Shown: positions 29,499 through 43,759, numbered from the stretch's first letter. The stretch is DNA of 64,000 nt from Polyangiales bacterium (GCA_964202905.1 CAXNJO010000003.1:288001-352000), one strand, 5' to 3'. The notes: a model not told the origin generated them from the sequence alone. Made by a program: numbers and translations.

Positions 29499-32427
29499 TC
29501 ACGCCACCGTCGGCGCGACGACCACGCGCGTCATGCGCAGCGTCACGCGGCCGCTCCCTTCGCTGCCGAACTCGACCTTCGCGCCGAGCTGGCGGGCGAG
29601 GGCGCGAATCAGCTGCATGCCGAGCGAGCCGGAGCGCGCTTTTTCCGGCGGAAATCCCGGGCCGCGGTCGGAGACGGTGAGCACGACGGCCTCGCCGTCG
29701 CGGTGCAGCGCGATGCGAATCGCGCAGGTGCCGTCGGGCGAGCGGCCGTGTTTGATGGCGTTCGTGACGAGCTCGTTGAGCACGAGGCCGCAGGGCACCG
29801 CGAGGTCGAGTTGCACCTCGATCGGCTCGACGTCGAACGCGATGGTGGCGCGGGGGTCGAGCGAGCCGATCAACGACGTCGAGAGCGCCTGCGCGTAGGC
29901 GCCGAAGTCGATGCTGTCGAAGCGGTCGCTCCCGTAGAGCTGCTGGTGCACGAACGACATCGAGCGCACGCGGTGCACCGTCTCGAGGAGCGCGTCGCGC
30001 GGGGCGCCCGGGTCCATCCCATCGGCCTGCATCGAGAGCAGACTCGAGACGATCTGGAGGTTGTTCTTCACGCGGTGATGCACCTCCTGAAGGAGCATCT
30101 CCTTCTCGCGGAGCGAGCGCGTGAGCGCCGTCTCCACGCGGTCGCGCTCGGTCAGATCGCGCACCGCGATGATCGCGCCGCGCCGGTTCGCGGTGACCAC
30201 GCGCGAGGCGCTCACCTCGGCCGCGAAGGGCCCCGCCGCGCCCTGCGCGCTGCGGCGGAGCAGCTGGCCCTGCGGGCTCGCGGGGGCGGCGTGGTCGAGC
30301 ACCTCGGTGACGAGCGCCGCGCCCTCGGCGAGGAGCGCCTCGACGGGCTGCCGCAGCGCCGGGCCGAAGAGCGCCGCGGCGCGCGCGTTCGCGTCGGTGA
30401 CGACGCCGTCCTCGCCGACGACGAGCAGGCCGTCGGGGCTGCGATCGAAGAGGTCCTGGAAGGCGCGGCGGCTCGCGTCGTGGAGCAGGAAGGCCGCGAC
30501 CTGCTCGGCCACGCGCTCGAGCAGGTTCGGGAGCAATTCGTGGCCGGGGAAATACGCCGTGCCACCGACCTCGAGCACGGCGAGGATTCCGTCCGGGCCG
30601 CGCACCGGCACACCGCAGAACGAGATCACGCCCGCGGCCTTCGCCTCCGCGAGGCGCCGCGAGCCGACGGACTCCATCACCGGCAGCACTGCCGTCGCGC
30701 GCGTGCCCCACGCGGTGCCCGGCACGCCCACACCGAGCACGAAGTCGCGCCCCGGCCCGAAGGGCAGCTGCCGCGAGATCTCGAGGAAGGCGTGACCCGG
30801 CTCGCCCGCCGACTCTGCGCTCGCGCCCGCGACGTAGCGCAGGTGCGGGCTGCCCGACTCGACGAGCCAGAACTGCGCGGTGCGCACGTCGAGCTCGGCG
30901 ACCAGCTCGCGCACGAGCCGCGCGCCGGACTCGGCCACCGTGTCGCTGCCGAGCAGCAGCGCCGCGACCCGCTCGGCGAGGCTGTCGCGACGCGCCGCGA
31001 GCCGACGCTCGGTGACGTCCGTCTGGACCGCGACGAAGCCCGAGGGCTGCCCCGCCTCGTCGTGCACGACGCGCGCCTCGATGTGCACCCAGTACTGCCG
31101 CCCGTTCCGCGCGACGTTGAGCACCTCGCACTCGAAGGGCTCGCGCGCGGCGATCGCCCGCGCCATGCGACGCGCGCGTCTCCGGATGCCGTCTGCGGCG
31201 CCTGGAGGAAACTCCCCCGGTCGACGTGCCCTCGACCTCGTCGAGCGCCCAGCCCGGTCAGGCGCGTGAAGGTGTCGTTGACCCACTCGATGCGGCCCTC
31301 GAGATCGGTGATGACGACGGGATTGCCGGTGCGGCTCGCGACCTCGGCCAGCCGTTTGCGCTGCAGTTCGTTGGCGCGCTCGGCCGTGATGTCGACGCAC
31401 CAGCCCGCGCACCCGCCGCGCGACGCCCGCCTCGTCGCGGACACTCGACACGGTCGCGCGCAGCCAGCGCTGGCGGCCATCGGGGAGCTGCACGCGAAAC
31501 TCGAGCGTCCCCTGTTCGCTGAACAGCACCGCGTCGAGGCGGGCCCGATCGTCGGGGTGGGTGCGCGCCCGCAAGGCCGCGAGCGAGGGCTCGTCGACCC
31601 CCGGCCGACATCCGAGCAGGCGCCGCATCTCGCCCGCGCAGGACATCGCATCGGTGGCGAGATCGACCTCGAAGAGCCCGGTGTTCACCGCCGCGAGCGT
31701 GTGCTCGAGCGTCCCGGCGAGCGTCTCGCGCTCCCCGCGCGCGCTCGTGAGCTCCGCGAGCGCCGCCTCGCGCAGCGCGACCGTGCGCCGCAGCGCCGCG
31801 ACGAGCCCGCCGAACTGCTCGTACATCAGCCAGCTGCCCACGACCGCGAGCGACGCAATCTCGACGACCGTGAGGCACAGCCCCGCCCAACCGATCACCG
31901 ACGTCAACTCGAGGTGCGCGACCGGCCCGAGCGGAAACACTCCCTCCGCGTACCCCCACGCCGCGCCCACGAAGATCGCGATCACCGCGCCGGCGGCGAG
32001 CATCGCCGGCCGCCACCCGAGCAGGATGGCCGCCGCCACCACCGAGCCGATGAAGTTCGCGGCGTAGACGCCCGCGGTCGCCCCCGGTGAAGACCCCCGG
32101 CACCGCCGCGAGCCACAGATTCACGACGATCCAGCCGACGCGGACGGTGAGCGGCCAGCCCGAACGCCACGCCACGAGCACGCTCGTGCCCACCAGCCCA
32201 AGCGCGAGGCCCACGACCCCGTACGCCTCGGCCGCGAGCATCGCGGGGAGGTACAGCGTGACCAGCACGATCCCGCCGACCGCGAGGATCGCGAGCAGCG
32301 CCGTCGCCGCGCGCTGCCGAAACGCCTCGACCATCGGGCCGATGGATGCGGCCTCGGCGCCTGCCCCGGATTCCTCGGCAGCCTCGCCCTTCGACGGATC
32401 TCGGGTGGCACGAACAGGCGTCGTCAC
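29499..32427 (-). CDS. Membrane sensor histidine kinase (TM-PAS-PAS-GAF-PAS-HisKA_2/HATPase); apparent frameshifts at ~32070 and 31200-31400
   Basis: EVHHRVKNNLQ, LNELVTNAIKH, SDRGPG, SLGMQL; PAS motifs HPDDR and IEWVNDTFTRLTG split across frames. Confidence 0.88.
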
Positions 32428-32719
32428 GGCGGCGTCGAGGGTAGTCGCGAGAGCGCACGCGTGTCCAAGCACAACGGCGCCGCCCCGCATCCGGCGCAGG
32501 CTCCCGGCACGCGTCGTGCCGGCCCGCGGAATCCGGCGCCGGTGCTTGACCCGCGCAGCCCGTGCACCCAAAGCAGCGCGCGCCCGCAGACGTGAATGTC
32601 TGGAGGGACACAGCCTCGCTGACGGACTCGACATGACCGGCGGCGCAGCGCTTCAGACCGTGCGGTGCAGGCTGGTAAAGCGCAGCGCACGGGGGACTCG
32701 CCGCCCGCGGGGGCGGTCG

Positions 32720-33178
32720 ATGCGGAAGTCGCACGACGAGGAGGATGAGAGCGTGTACGTCCGGCATCGAAGCCGCGTCGAGTGGGGCATCGGGCATGCC
32801 TCGGTCTCGGGGGACTACCTCGAGGTCCGATTTTCCCTGTGCGACGCGAGCCACAAGCGTTTCCTCAAGGACAACCGCCTCCTCAGCAGGGTCATGCTCG
32901 AGGACGAGGCGCGGGCGGCGCGCGCCAATCCGGCCCGCCGAGAGTCGCTCATCGCCGCGCTCCGCAAGGGATTCGTGGGCGAGTGGGAGACCGTCCGCGC
33001 GCTCCTCCAGATCCTCGACCCCTCGGGCCGCGAGGAGCGCAAGCTCGTGATTGCCGGCTACGTCCCGCTCAAGAAGGAATTCTCCATCCCCGTCGTGCCG
33101 CGCGAGGTCGGCAGTCACGACATCTGGGGCAGGCCGCGGACCCCCGGCAGCGCCTTCTCCGGCCGCCGCACCCGCTGA
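32720..33178 (+). CDS. Hypothetical protein
   Basis: 152-aa ORF with GC3 bias; VRH...EWGIG motif. Confidence 0.6.
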   Translation: MRKSHDEEDESVYVRHRSRVEWGIGHASVSGDYLEVRFSLCDASHKRFLKDNRLLSRVMLEDEARAARANPARRESLIAALRKGFVGEWETVRALLQILDPSGREERKLVIAGYVPLKKEFSIPVVPREVGSHDIWGRPRTPGSAFSGRRTR

Positions 33179-33411
33179 CGCCTCGACCCGCACCGAGCGC
33201 GCCAACACCGTCGATCGAGGCGCAGATGCCCTGTCTCGTCAGGGCTCGTTGGGGCCAACGGCCGCCGCGGGGCCCCATCCCGCAGCGGCTCTCGTCGAGG
33301 GCGAAACCCAGCGAGTCGTGATGGCGCCGCGGCCGGCCCCCTGACCTCTTCGCATCGGCGGCAACGCGCTGCGCCGCGGCAAACCGAGCGCCGCCACCGA
33401 CGGACACCCCG

Positions 33412-34563
33412 TCAACGCCGGCAGCCGATGCGCTCTTCTGCGACGACGACATCATCGTAGAGGATGGTCTGCTCGTCCGAGACCGTCAGCCCGCGCATCT
33501 CCATGGCTGCGCGGCGGCGCGCGGTGGTGTCGCGCTCGTAATAGGCGTCCATCACGAAGGACTTGAATCCCACGCGCGCGTCGGTGCGGAAATCGAACCC
33601 TTCGAAGGACACAGGCGGCGTGCACGCGCTGAACCCACAGCCACCTTCGTGAAAGGTCGCGCGCAGCCACGTGCCCTCGGGCTCGCCGGGCGCGTAGCGA
33701 CCCACCTCGACGTCGTCGATCCAGTAGGCGAGCCAACCATCGCTCTCCCCCACGGTGTTCGCGTGCGCGCCCATCTCGATGCAGAACCACTCGTCCCGCG
33801 GATAGGGAGACTGCCCCGCGGGGCTGAAGACGTTGCCGTAGTAGTACGTGGTCCCCTGATCGCCGGGGCAGCCCGTCACCGCGCTGCCGTCGTTGCAGCG
33901 GCCGGAGCGCATGCCGTACCAATACACGTAGAAGTTGAAGAGATCGGTGTCGTCGATGTCGAAGTCGAACCAGAACCCCCGGTCCCCCGGCGGGACCATG
34001 TTCGCGCGGCCCGAGCCATCCCAGGTGTCGTCCCCGGCGCTCATGCGCACCCAGTGATGCGGATTGGGCGCGACGTTCGGGAAGCGCGCATAGAAGCGCC
34101 AATAGACGGTGTCGACGCGCCGATCGAACGCAAAGCTCGACTGCGACGAGATGTACATGTCACCCGCGAGGTCGGCCTCGGTGACGGTGGAGCGCAGGTA
34201 GCGCGTCCCCGCGTGCGCGCGCGCCGCGTCCGACTCCATCGTGAGATAGACCGTGTCGGCGCGGGGCGCGTCCCACCGCCCCCAGCCCCCCTCGAAGTCA
34301 TCGTGAAACAGCACCGAAGGTGCGCCCGCGATCCCCTCATCACCGGGATAGCGATCGCGCAACAGCGCCCCGGGCGGCCCCCCGGCATCCGCGCCCGGCC
34401 CGGCGTCCGCGCTTGGTCCGGCATCCGCGCGCGGCCCGCCCCCATCCCCGCGCGCAGCATCCATCGCGACCGCGCCATCCGCCCCACCCGTGACCGCGCC
34501 CTCACAGCCGAGAGCGAGCCCTGCGAGCGAGACGAGCCACGTGATGCGTGCGCCGAGTTGCAT
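33412..34563 (-). CDS. Secreted lipoprotein, possible ConA/polysaccharide-lyase-like beta-sandwich
   Basis: Lipobox ALGC; LFHDDFEG, EWFCIEM, YDDVVVA; rich in aromatic residues. Confidence 0.7.
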   Translation of the reverse strand: MQLGARITWLVSLAGLALGCEGAVTGGADGAVAMDAARGDGGGPRADAGPSADAGPGADAGGPPGALLRDRYPGDEGIAGAPSVLFHDDFEGGWGRWDAPRADTVYLTMESDAARAHAGTRYLRSTVTEADLAGDMYISSQSSFAFDRRVDTVYWRFYARFPNVAPNPHHWVRMSAGDDTWDGSGRANMVPPGDRGFWFDFDIDDTDLFNFYVYWYGMRSGRCNDGSAVTGCPGDQGTTYYYGNVFSPAGQSPYPRDEWFCIEMGAHANTVGESDGWLAYWIDDVEVGRYAPGEPEGTWLRATFHEGGCGFSACTPPVSFEGFDFRTDARVGFKSFVMDAYYERDTTARRRAAMEMRGLTVSDEQTILYDDVVVAEERIGCRR

Positions 34564-34696
34564 GCCCGCACGATAGCGCCGCGCCGCACGCCGGCCGTCA
34601 TCGTCGGTGACGTCTGCGCCGCTCGAGCGGCCGTGGACATGTGTCGGGGCGAGGTGGGCGAGACTGGCTTCGCGCGTTCGTGGCCGAGCGGTGCGC

Positions 34697-37600
34697 TCAT
34701 CCGTTTAATGTCTCGTAGAGCTGCGAGTTGTTGAGCAGGATCTCCATGATCCCGCGCTGCACGACCTCTGAACCCAGCGCCTGCGTGCTCATGGCGGTGT
34801 GGGCGTCGAACGCCCCCATGATCGCGTTCATCAACTCCCTGCGGAGATCCGGCGAGCTGGCGAACTGCTCTTTGGTGTTGTTCGCGGCCTGCTCTCGCAG
34901 GGTCGCGGACTCCAACAGCTTGCCTTTGATGACGTTGTTCACGTAGACGAGCTTGTCTTGATCGGTCAGCTCGCCCTCGAAGAGGTCATTCACCTTCTCG
35001 ATGATCTCGATGAGCAGCGCCTTCTCCTTCTCCTGCACGGAGCCGCTGCCTGCTTCGGTCAAGGGGTCGAGCTTCGGTGTCTCGCCCGTGGTCGAGGGAG
35101 AGGGTACGCTTGCCGAGATCCTTGAGGTGGTGGTGGGTCAGCACGACCTTCGAGAGGTCGATCTCCTCGCGCTCACGGCCAAACTCCAGCAAAGGCATCC
35201 AGCTTCTTGAAGAAGATGGCCCGCTTCTCGATGGCGGTGTTGCCGTAGTCGAAGATCTGCGAGAGGAAGGTGTAGAGGCGCAGGAACGCCCCCATGTCGC
35301 CCTTGAAGAGCATGAGCGCGTTGAGCTCGGCATTGGCTGCCGTGATGGCCTCTGGGTCGTTGCTCGCCTTCGCGGCCTTCAAGGCCTCTTGGGCCGCCTT
35401 GTACTTCCGCATGATGCGGTCGACGCACGGCTCGAGGCGCAGCGACCAGTTCGCCCTGCTTCGACTTCGGGTTGAGCTCGACGCTCGACGACGCGCTCGA
35501 CCTCGAAGTCGTCGTAGTGCGCCGGCGGCATCGAGCTTGGCGCGCAGGTTGAAGACGAGGTTCGGGGTCGGTCGTCGCCGGAGAGCTCGGCGGTGGTGTG
35601 ATAGGTCTTGAAGGCCGCGAGCACCTCCTCGGCGTCGTTGACGAAGTCGAGGACGTAGGTGGTGTCCTTGCCCGGGTGCGCGCGGTTCAGTCGCGAGAGG
35701 GTCTGCACCGCCTGGATGCCCGGCGAGGCGCTTGTCGACGTACATGCCGCAGAGCAGGGGTTGGTCGAAGCCGGTCTGGAACTTGTTGGCCACGAGCAGC
35801 ACCTGGTACTCGTCGCCCTTGAAGGCCTCGCGGATGTCGCGCCCTTGAGGCCGGGGTTCAGCGCCGGGCTGCTGCTCGGTGAACGGGATCGGGGCCGGAT
35901 TCCTCGTCGAGGATCTCGCCGGAGAAGGCCACCAGCGGTGCCGATCTTGTAGCCGCAGTTCTTGGATGTACTTCTCGATCGCGAGCTGCCAGCGCACCGC
36001 CTCGAGGCGGCTCGCGACGACCACCATCGCCTTGGCGCGGCCCATCGAGCAGCGGGGCGACGTACGTCGCGGAAGTGCTCGACGACGATCTGCGACCTTC
36101 TGCGCGATGTTGTAGGGGTGCAGCTTCACCCAGCCCATGACCTTCTTGAGCGCCGCGCTGCGCTCGACCTCGCGCTCGTCGAGCTCCTTGCCCTCGTGCG
36201 CGAGCTTGAAGCGCCAGGCTGTAGGGCGTGTAGTTCTTGAGCACGTCGAGGATGAAGCTTCTCCTCGATCGCCTGCCGCATCGAGTAGACGTGAAACGGC
36301 GTCGGGAGGTTGTCGTCGGCGCGGCTTGCGGGTCGGGTCCGGCCGCGTGCCGAAGAGCTCCATCGTCTTGTTCTTCGGCGTCGCCGTGAAGGCCACGAAG
36401 GTGATGCCCGCGTCGTCGGCGCGCGCCGCCATCTGCGCCGCCAGGATGTCCTCGGTGCTGACCTCGCCGCCGTCGCTCGAGCTCTGCGACTCCTCGGCGG
36501 TGAGCACGGCCTTGAGCTTCGTCGCGGCCTCCCCGGTCTGGGAGCTGTGGGCCTCGTCGGCGATCACCGCGAAGCGCTTGCCCTCGCGTGGCCGCCAGCT
36601 TGCGCACCGCCTCGAGGGCAAGTGGGAAGCGTCTGGATGGTGCAGACGACGATCTTCTTGTCCCCGGAGAGCGCCTCCGCGAGCTGCCGCTCTTGCTGCC
36701 GTCGTTGTCCGTGATCGTCGCGACCACGCCGGCGGTGCGCTCGAAGTCGAAGAGCGCCTCCTGCAGCTGCGAGTCGATGACGTTGCGGTCCGAGACCACC
36801 AGCACGGTGTCGAAGACCTTCTTGTCGCGCGCGTCGTGCAGCTCCGCGAGGAAGTGCGCCGTCCACGCGATGGAGTTCGTCTTGCCGGAGCCGGCCGAGT
36901 GCTGAATCGAGGTACTTGCCGCCCGGGCCCTCCGTCGAGCACGGCGGCCTGGAGCTTGCGCGTGACGTCGAGCTGGTGATAGCGGGGGAAGATCACCCGC
37001 GCGATCTGCTTCTTCTTGTCGCGCTGCGCGATGAGGTAGCGCCCGAGGATCTCGAGCCAGCTCTCGCGCTCCCAGACCTGCTCCCACAGGTACGCGGTGC
37101 GGTGCCCGCCCACCGGGTTCACCGGGTTGCCCGCGGCCCCGTCGTTGCCCTGATTGAAGGGCAGGAACAGGGTGGCCGGGCCGTCCAGCCGTGGTCACCA
37201 TGCACACCTCGCTGTTGCTCACGGCGAAGTGGACCAACGCGCCCATCGGGAACGAGAGCAGCAACTCAGGGGCCTGCCCCTTGGGCCGCGGGTTCCGGTC
37301 GAAGCGGTATTGATCGACGGCGTCCCCGATGGACTGCGTGAAGTCCGTCTTCAGCTCGACGGTCGCCACGGGCAAGCCGTTGAGGAAGAGCACGAGGTCG
37401 ATGCTGTTCTCGTTGTGCAGCGAGTACCGCACCTGCCGGACGACGCGGAGGCGGTTCGCCGCGTAGCGGGCGAGGATGTCCGCGTTGATCGCCAGCGCAG
37501 GCTTGAACTCGGCCAGCTTGAGCGGCTGCTTCAGCCCGAGCAGCTCGATGCCGTGGCGGAGCACGTCGAGCGTGCCCCGCTGGTCGAGCTGGTCCCGCAG

Positions 37601-37822
37601 CCGGTCGAGCAGGGTCTCCGCGGCCTGCGCCGCCGTGGTTCTTCGTGCAGCGCTCTCCCACGCCTTCGGCTGCGTCGCCTGCACCCACGCGAGCACGTCC
37701 GCCGGGAACAGCGCCCGGGCGCGGTCGTAGCCCGCCGCGTCGCCCTCGGCGTAGAGCCAGCCATGCGCCGCGAGGTGCTCGCAGACCTCGTCCTCGAAGC
37801 TGACCTCCTTGTGCAGGCTCAC
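34697..37822 (-). pseudogene. hsdR: Type I restriction enzyme R subunit, multiply frameshifted as given
   Basis: DLVLFLNGLPVATVELK nuclease motif, QHSAGSGKT, IADEAHSSQ, FTATPK, KFQTGFDQP, QTLSRLNR spread over several frames. Confidence 0.93.
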
Positions 37823-37824
37823 GC

Positions 37825-38692
37825 TCAGCCTCCGGGCCGATCGCTTGGTCGGTCGAGCGTCGTGCCGTCCTGGCTCTTCCACTCTTCCAGCCGTTGGACG
37901 GTGCGGCCGAGCAGCGCGATCGCCGCCATGCTCGGCGAGTTGAACAGGTGGTCCTTTGCGAAGACGACCTTGTCCCCCTTCTCGTGCATCACGCCGGCAG
38001 CGACGAGCTTGTCCCGGAAGTGCTCGTTTCGAGTGCCCACGATGGACGGCACGTTGGCTTCGCCGGCCGATCGAGCCCTTCAGGACCACGAAGCCCTCCG
38101 GCGTATAGAGGCCGCGCCCGTCGATGCCCGGACGCTTTGCAGTGAAGACGCTCCTCGGCGTTCGAGGCGAGCTGCCGATGCCGACGGGCTCGAACACCGG
38201 GTAACCGAGCGTCGCCAGCAGCGTGCGGCCGGTCTCGAAGATCTCGAGGCAATCCGCCTCGAAGCGGGGCCGGGGTGTGCGGCTTGGTGCCGCTGTTGCC
38301 GTTCTCGTCGGCGTAGCGCCCTGCCTTCTTCGCAGCCTGGAGGCAGTGCCACTCCAGGAAGAGCGCCGTGGGTCTGCGTGAGGCTGTTGGTGCGCGAGAT
38401 CAGCACCAGCGCCCGCTGCCAGAAGTCCTTCTTCTGGTTGTGGCTGATGAGCCGGGCGCTGAGATCTCCGGTCTGGCCGACGTACACGCGATGGCTCGCT
38501 GCCATCCTCCGCGTCCCCGAACAGGAAGTAGAGCGCGACCTGGTCGCTCTCGTCCATCTTGAGGAAGTCCTGCAGCAAGCTCCGCAGGCCTCGATCACCT
38601 GCACGATGCGGGTCGTGATCTCCGCGATGCGGATGCCGCGCGGGTCGCCGCCCGGCAGGAAGATCTGGATGGTCTTCGGCGTCGGCGTTCAT
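37825..38692 (-). pseudogene. GIY-YIG nuclease family / DUF4357 protein, frameshifted as given
   Basis: KTIQIFL.GGDPRGIRIAEIT, VYVGQT, SHNQKKDFW, GFVVLKGS, DHLFNSPSMAA. Confidence 0.8.
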
Positions 38693-40033
38693 GCGGCGGC
38701 CCGTTCGGCGACGGGGCGGACGTCGATCTGTCCGGTGACAGCGGCGGAGATCAGCGCGGTGCGGCGCTCTTGCAGGAGGTCGATGGCGCGTTGGGCTTCG
38801 GCGGTGAGGGTGTTGAGCGATCGCGTTGCTCGATCCAACTGCGATAAGACTCACGCTGCTCAACGACAGGAGGCGGCAGGCATGACAGCGTCTTCGATCG
38901 TGCACTCGTCTGACGTTGAGTTTGAATCATGCGTGTCAAGACGCAGCGTCAAGGTCACTGCGTGCGATTGGCACAAGTAGCTGACCAGTTCAGACCGATA
39001 GCACTGCGGACGTCTACAGCCGGCGAAGTCAGGTAGCCAGCCATGAGCCGACTCAGCCCACGGGTTGAGTAGTGCAACACTCGCCCGACGGTGCGCCCCA
39101 ATTCGCGCGAGAAGAACATCGCCCTCGCTTAGAAGATATCGGCTCCGCAACGTGGACAGGCAGCGACTGAAGGTCTCGTCGGACGAGTCCAGCCACTGTC
39201 ATCGGTATCGGTCATGCGAACGAATCCGCGCAGATTGCCGCCGTCAGTCCGCGGCTGCCGTTTGCGCCATGACTCTGACCAGGCTCCGTCGACGAGATCT
39301 GCTTCAGCTCGCGTCACCTCCCAATGCGTCCGGCACCTGCCCCAAGCCACTCCACGCCGGAGTCCTTCATCGGGGCGTCGGGGTTCAGGCCCTTGGTGAC
39401 GGCAGTGGGAGATGACGGCCTGGCGCTTCTCCTTCAGCAGTTCCATCAACCGCTGCTGCTCGCGCCACGAGCGCGTCGATCTTGGCGGTCTCGCGGTCGA
39501 GGAAGGCGGCGATGGCGTGAGCTTGCTCGATCTCCACTGGCAGGCAATGGCGACGAAAATTGTCTCACACTTGCCTGGCACGACGATGTGTTCGACGGTC
39601 GACTGGCGTGCCTTGCAATCCGCTTGATCTGCCTTCAGCGGAATCGGAAGACATGATCCAGACGATCCAGTGAAGTGCGGACCGCCCCGCTGCAGCACAG
39701 CACTGCGGTTGATGTCAACAAGCGCCTCCATCAGGCCGTACCACCGACCGACGTTGAAGTCACCGTCCATGCTGTGAGTACGTCGGCCGCCGTGACGGCA
39801 ACTCGATCGAACGCACCATGTCGTAGTACGATCGCGGCTGTCTTGCTTGTTGAGACCTGCCAATTCTTATGAACGGATAACCTGTCCGCCGGATCGAACA
39901 GTTCCGAGTCAGAATGCGTAGCCTTGACGTGTCGCGCCAGCTTTCTAACAGGAAGCGCACACGTCCCAATGTTCTGGCACCTCCCCAAGCCACTCCACTC
40001 CGCTGTCCTTGTACTTCGCATACCGCGGGAAGC

Positions 40034-40037
<4 letters not shown>
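38689..40037 (-). pseudogene. hsdS: Type I R-M specificity subunit, frameshifted as given
   Basis: [16 protein letters not shown]; central [11 protein letters not shown]...[13 protein letters not shown]-terminal [18 protein letters not shown]; two low-GC TRDs. Confidence 0.9.
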
Positions 40038-41765
<1,728 letters not shown>

Positions 41766-42250
41766 GCCTCGCCGGATGAAAGGTGAGCCGCCCTGCGAGC
41801 GCTCGCGGCGTTGAACAGCGCGTAGACGTCGGACGCGCGGAAGCGACGACGCGCTCGACGCGCGCGGGCTTTCTACGGGCAAGCGCCGAGCGCGCAGCGA
41901 GCCGCGCCCGCGGTGATGCTCTGCGAGGCGCCGCGGGGGTCAAGGCGGGAGTGCGCTGCGCGGAGGCGGAGAGGACGTCGGGCGGAGCGATCCTCGCATG
42001 TTGGTCACCGGCCCGAGTGACGACCCGCGCGAGATCGACCTACCGATGGGCAACTCAAGCCGCGCTCCCCGCGTGATCGGCGACCGATCGGAGTTCGGCG
42101 AGCCGATGCGGCTCGATGGGCCGCACGGCCGGCTCTCCACGGTCACACTTCACCTGCGACATCGTCACGGTCGCATCGCCTGACCGACAGGAACACAGGG
42201 GGGCGACTTCTTCGACACCGCCACGGACGCGCGCGACGAGCTTGCTGACC

Positions 42251-42499
42251 TCAGCGGCCACGCGGCCACCCCGCCTCGCGCCGGAGCCGCGCCAACGCGC
42301 GCACCGTCGACTCCGGCAGCGGGTCCTCGTACGACAGGATCTGCTCCGCCCGCCCGCTTGCGTGGATCGCCCACATCGCATCGCGCGAGCAGCGTTTGGC
42401 GAGGTCCCAGAGCGCGGCCTGCGATAGCCCGCGCCACTCCGCGACCTCCTGCTTCACGGACGTCACGTCGTCGACCACCCATCCCGGCAGGCGCGTCAT
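42251..42499 (-). CDS. Small hypothetical protein (antitoxin-like size)
   Basis: 82-aa ORF MTRLPGWVVDD...EDPLPEST. Confidence 0.55.
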   Translation of the reverse strand: MTRLPGWVVDDVTSVKQEVAEWRGLSQAALWDLAKRCSRDAMWAIHASGRAEQILSYEDPLPESTVRALARLRREAGWPRGR

Positions 42500-42623
42500 G
42501 GCAACGAGCCTGTCTGACGCTTCATCGAGCTGCACGTTCGCGCAGCGTCCTGGTTTGCCTCAGCGAACAACGCGTAATCGCGGCGCGTCGTCTTGGTGCT
42601 TCAAGCACACACTCCGAGTGCGT

Positions 42624-43376
42624 TCACGCCAGCGCCACCCGTTGACCATGCGAGAGTCGCTCAAAGTTCGACATCCATGAGCGCAAGCCTCGGAACCAAA
42701 CGAAGCTATGCGCAAGAACACCATCGACAAAGTAAGTGTTGTTTCCTCTCGTGATGATACTGCCGACCCCAATTGGGTGTGTTTGTCGAAATAGACCTGT
42801 TACCGCTTTCCAAGCGATCTGCCCATCCTCACTCCGGATGAGCAGCCTCATACCAGGACGAACATCGCGGATGCGCGTCCAGCCGTCATGCGCGCGCACA
42901 GGATGGAGCCGCGTTCCCGACAATGCATGGCCCCCGTCGATCTCGACACGAAACACGTCGACCATTTCGTGCCCCGAGACTTTCGCTACATTCGTAGAGA
43001 CGATGGACTTCTCGGCGTCGCTCCAGCTCAACACGGAGTCTCCTTCACGTATCGACGACAGCAGACGCGGACCAGAAGGTGTTGCGATACGTGAATCAAG
43101 GGCGAAACAGCTGGACGCTTCGCGATCATGGAACCGGACCGTGATGCTTGACACGGCTCTGGCGGCATAGTGCAGAGCCTTCTGTGCATCGGCGAGCACG
43201 TCCGCTTCCGGTGCTTCGGCTTGCTCCGCGATATGGCGAGCCTCAATGAGCAAGCGCGCTGCGTGCGCGATATGGGTATCGGCTTCGGACACAAGTAGTC
43301 GAAACCGCTCCCGCGGTGACTGAGGATTGCTGTCGTAATCGACACGCCGCCGAGCGTCTTCAGGGTGATCGCGCAT
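42624..43376 (-). CDS. Hint (Hedgehog/intein) domain protein
   Basis: Block A CFALDSRIATPSG, block B GTRLHP, block F/G NTYFVDGVLAHS; low GC. Confidence 0.82.
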   Translation of the reverse strand: MRDHPEDARRRVDYDSNPQSPRERFRLLVSEADTHIAHAARLLIEARHIAEQAEAPEADVLADAQKALHYAARAVSSITVRFHDREASSCFALDSRIATPSGPRLLSSIREGDSVLSWSDAEKSIVSTNVAKVSGHEMVDVFRVEIDGGHALSGTRLHPVRAHDGWTRIRDVRPGMRLLIRSEDGQIAWKAVTGLFRQTHPIGVGSIITRGNNTYFVDGVLAHSFVWFRGLRSWMSNFERLSHGQRVALA

Positions 43377-43682
43377 GACTGCAGATTCTAATGGAAGCGT
43401 ATTGATACACGAACAAAGATCAACATCGTTGAGCCTCGTCGCATTCGGCGTATCGATCACGACATGGCCTAGGGCTCCGATACGACCGCGTACCCTTCCC
43501 TGCGCTATTCGTTGAAGACGTCGTTTGTATCGACATCTTCACCGAGTACGTATCATTTTGCCACTCCCACTCTCGCCACTGCGGCCGCGAAGCCGGCCGC
43601 CTCGCGTATTCCCTCTCCCCTGTTCGACTCCCCTCTCCCACTCGCCCCGAATCCCGCGCATCGCCTCCATTCCCCAAAGCCC

Positions 43683-43720
43683 CAAAAAAGAAAAAGGCGC
43701 CGCACGGGCGCCCTTCTCAC
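43683..43720 (-). terminator. Intrinsic terminator for the minus-strand operon
   Basis: GGCGCC-CGTGC-GGCGCC stem-loop followed by TTTTTCTTTTTT on the minus strand. Confidence 0.8.
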
Positions 43721-43759
43721 CATCCTAGGCCGCGCTTCCATGCGCGGATACTCCGGAAG

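Noticed and set aside
31190..32100. Histidine kinase as a split gene or pseudogene
   Set aside because: Compensating indels with intact motifs; more likely sequencing error.
39330..40010. Repeat CCCCAAGCCACTCCAC in hsdS as a shufflon site
   Set aside because: Direct, not inverted; it reflects the normal duplicated conserved regions of HsdS; no recombinase or spare TRDs present.
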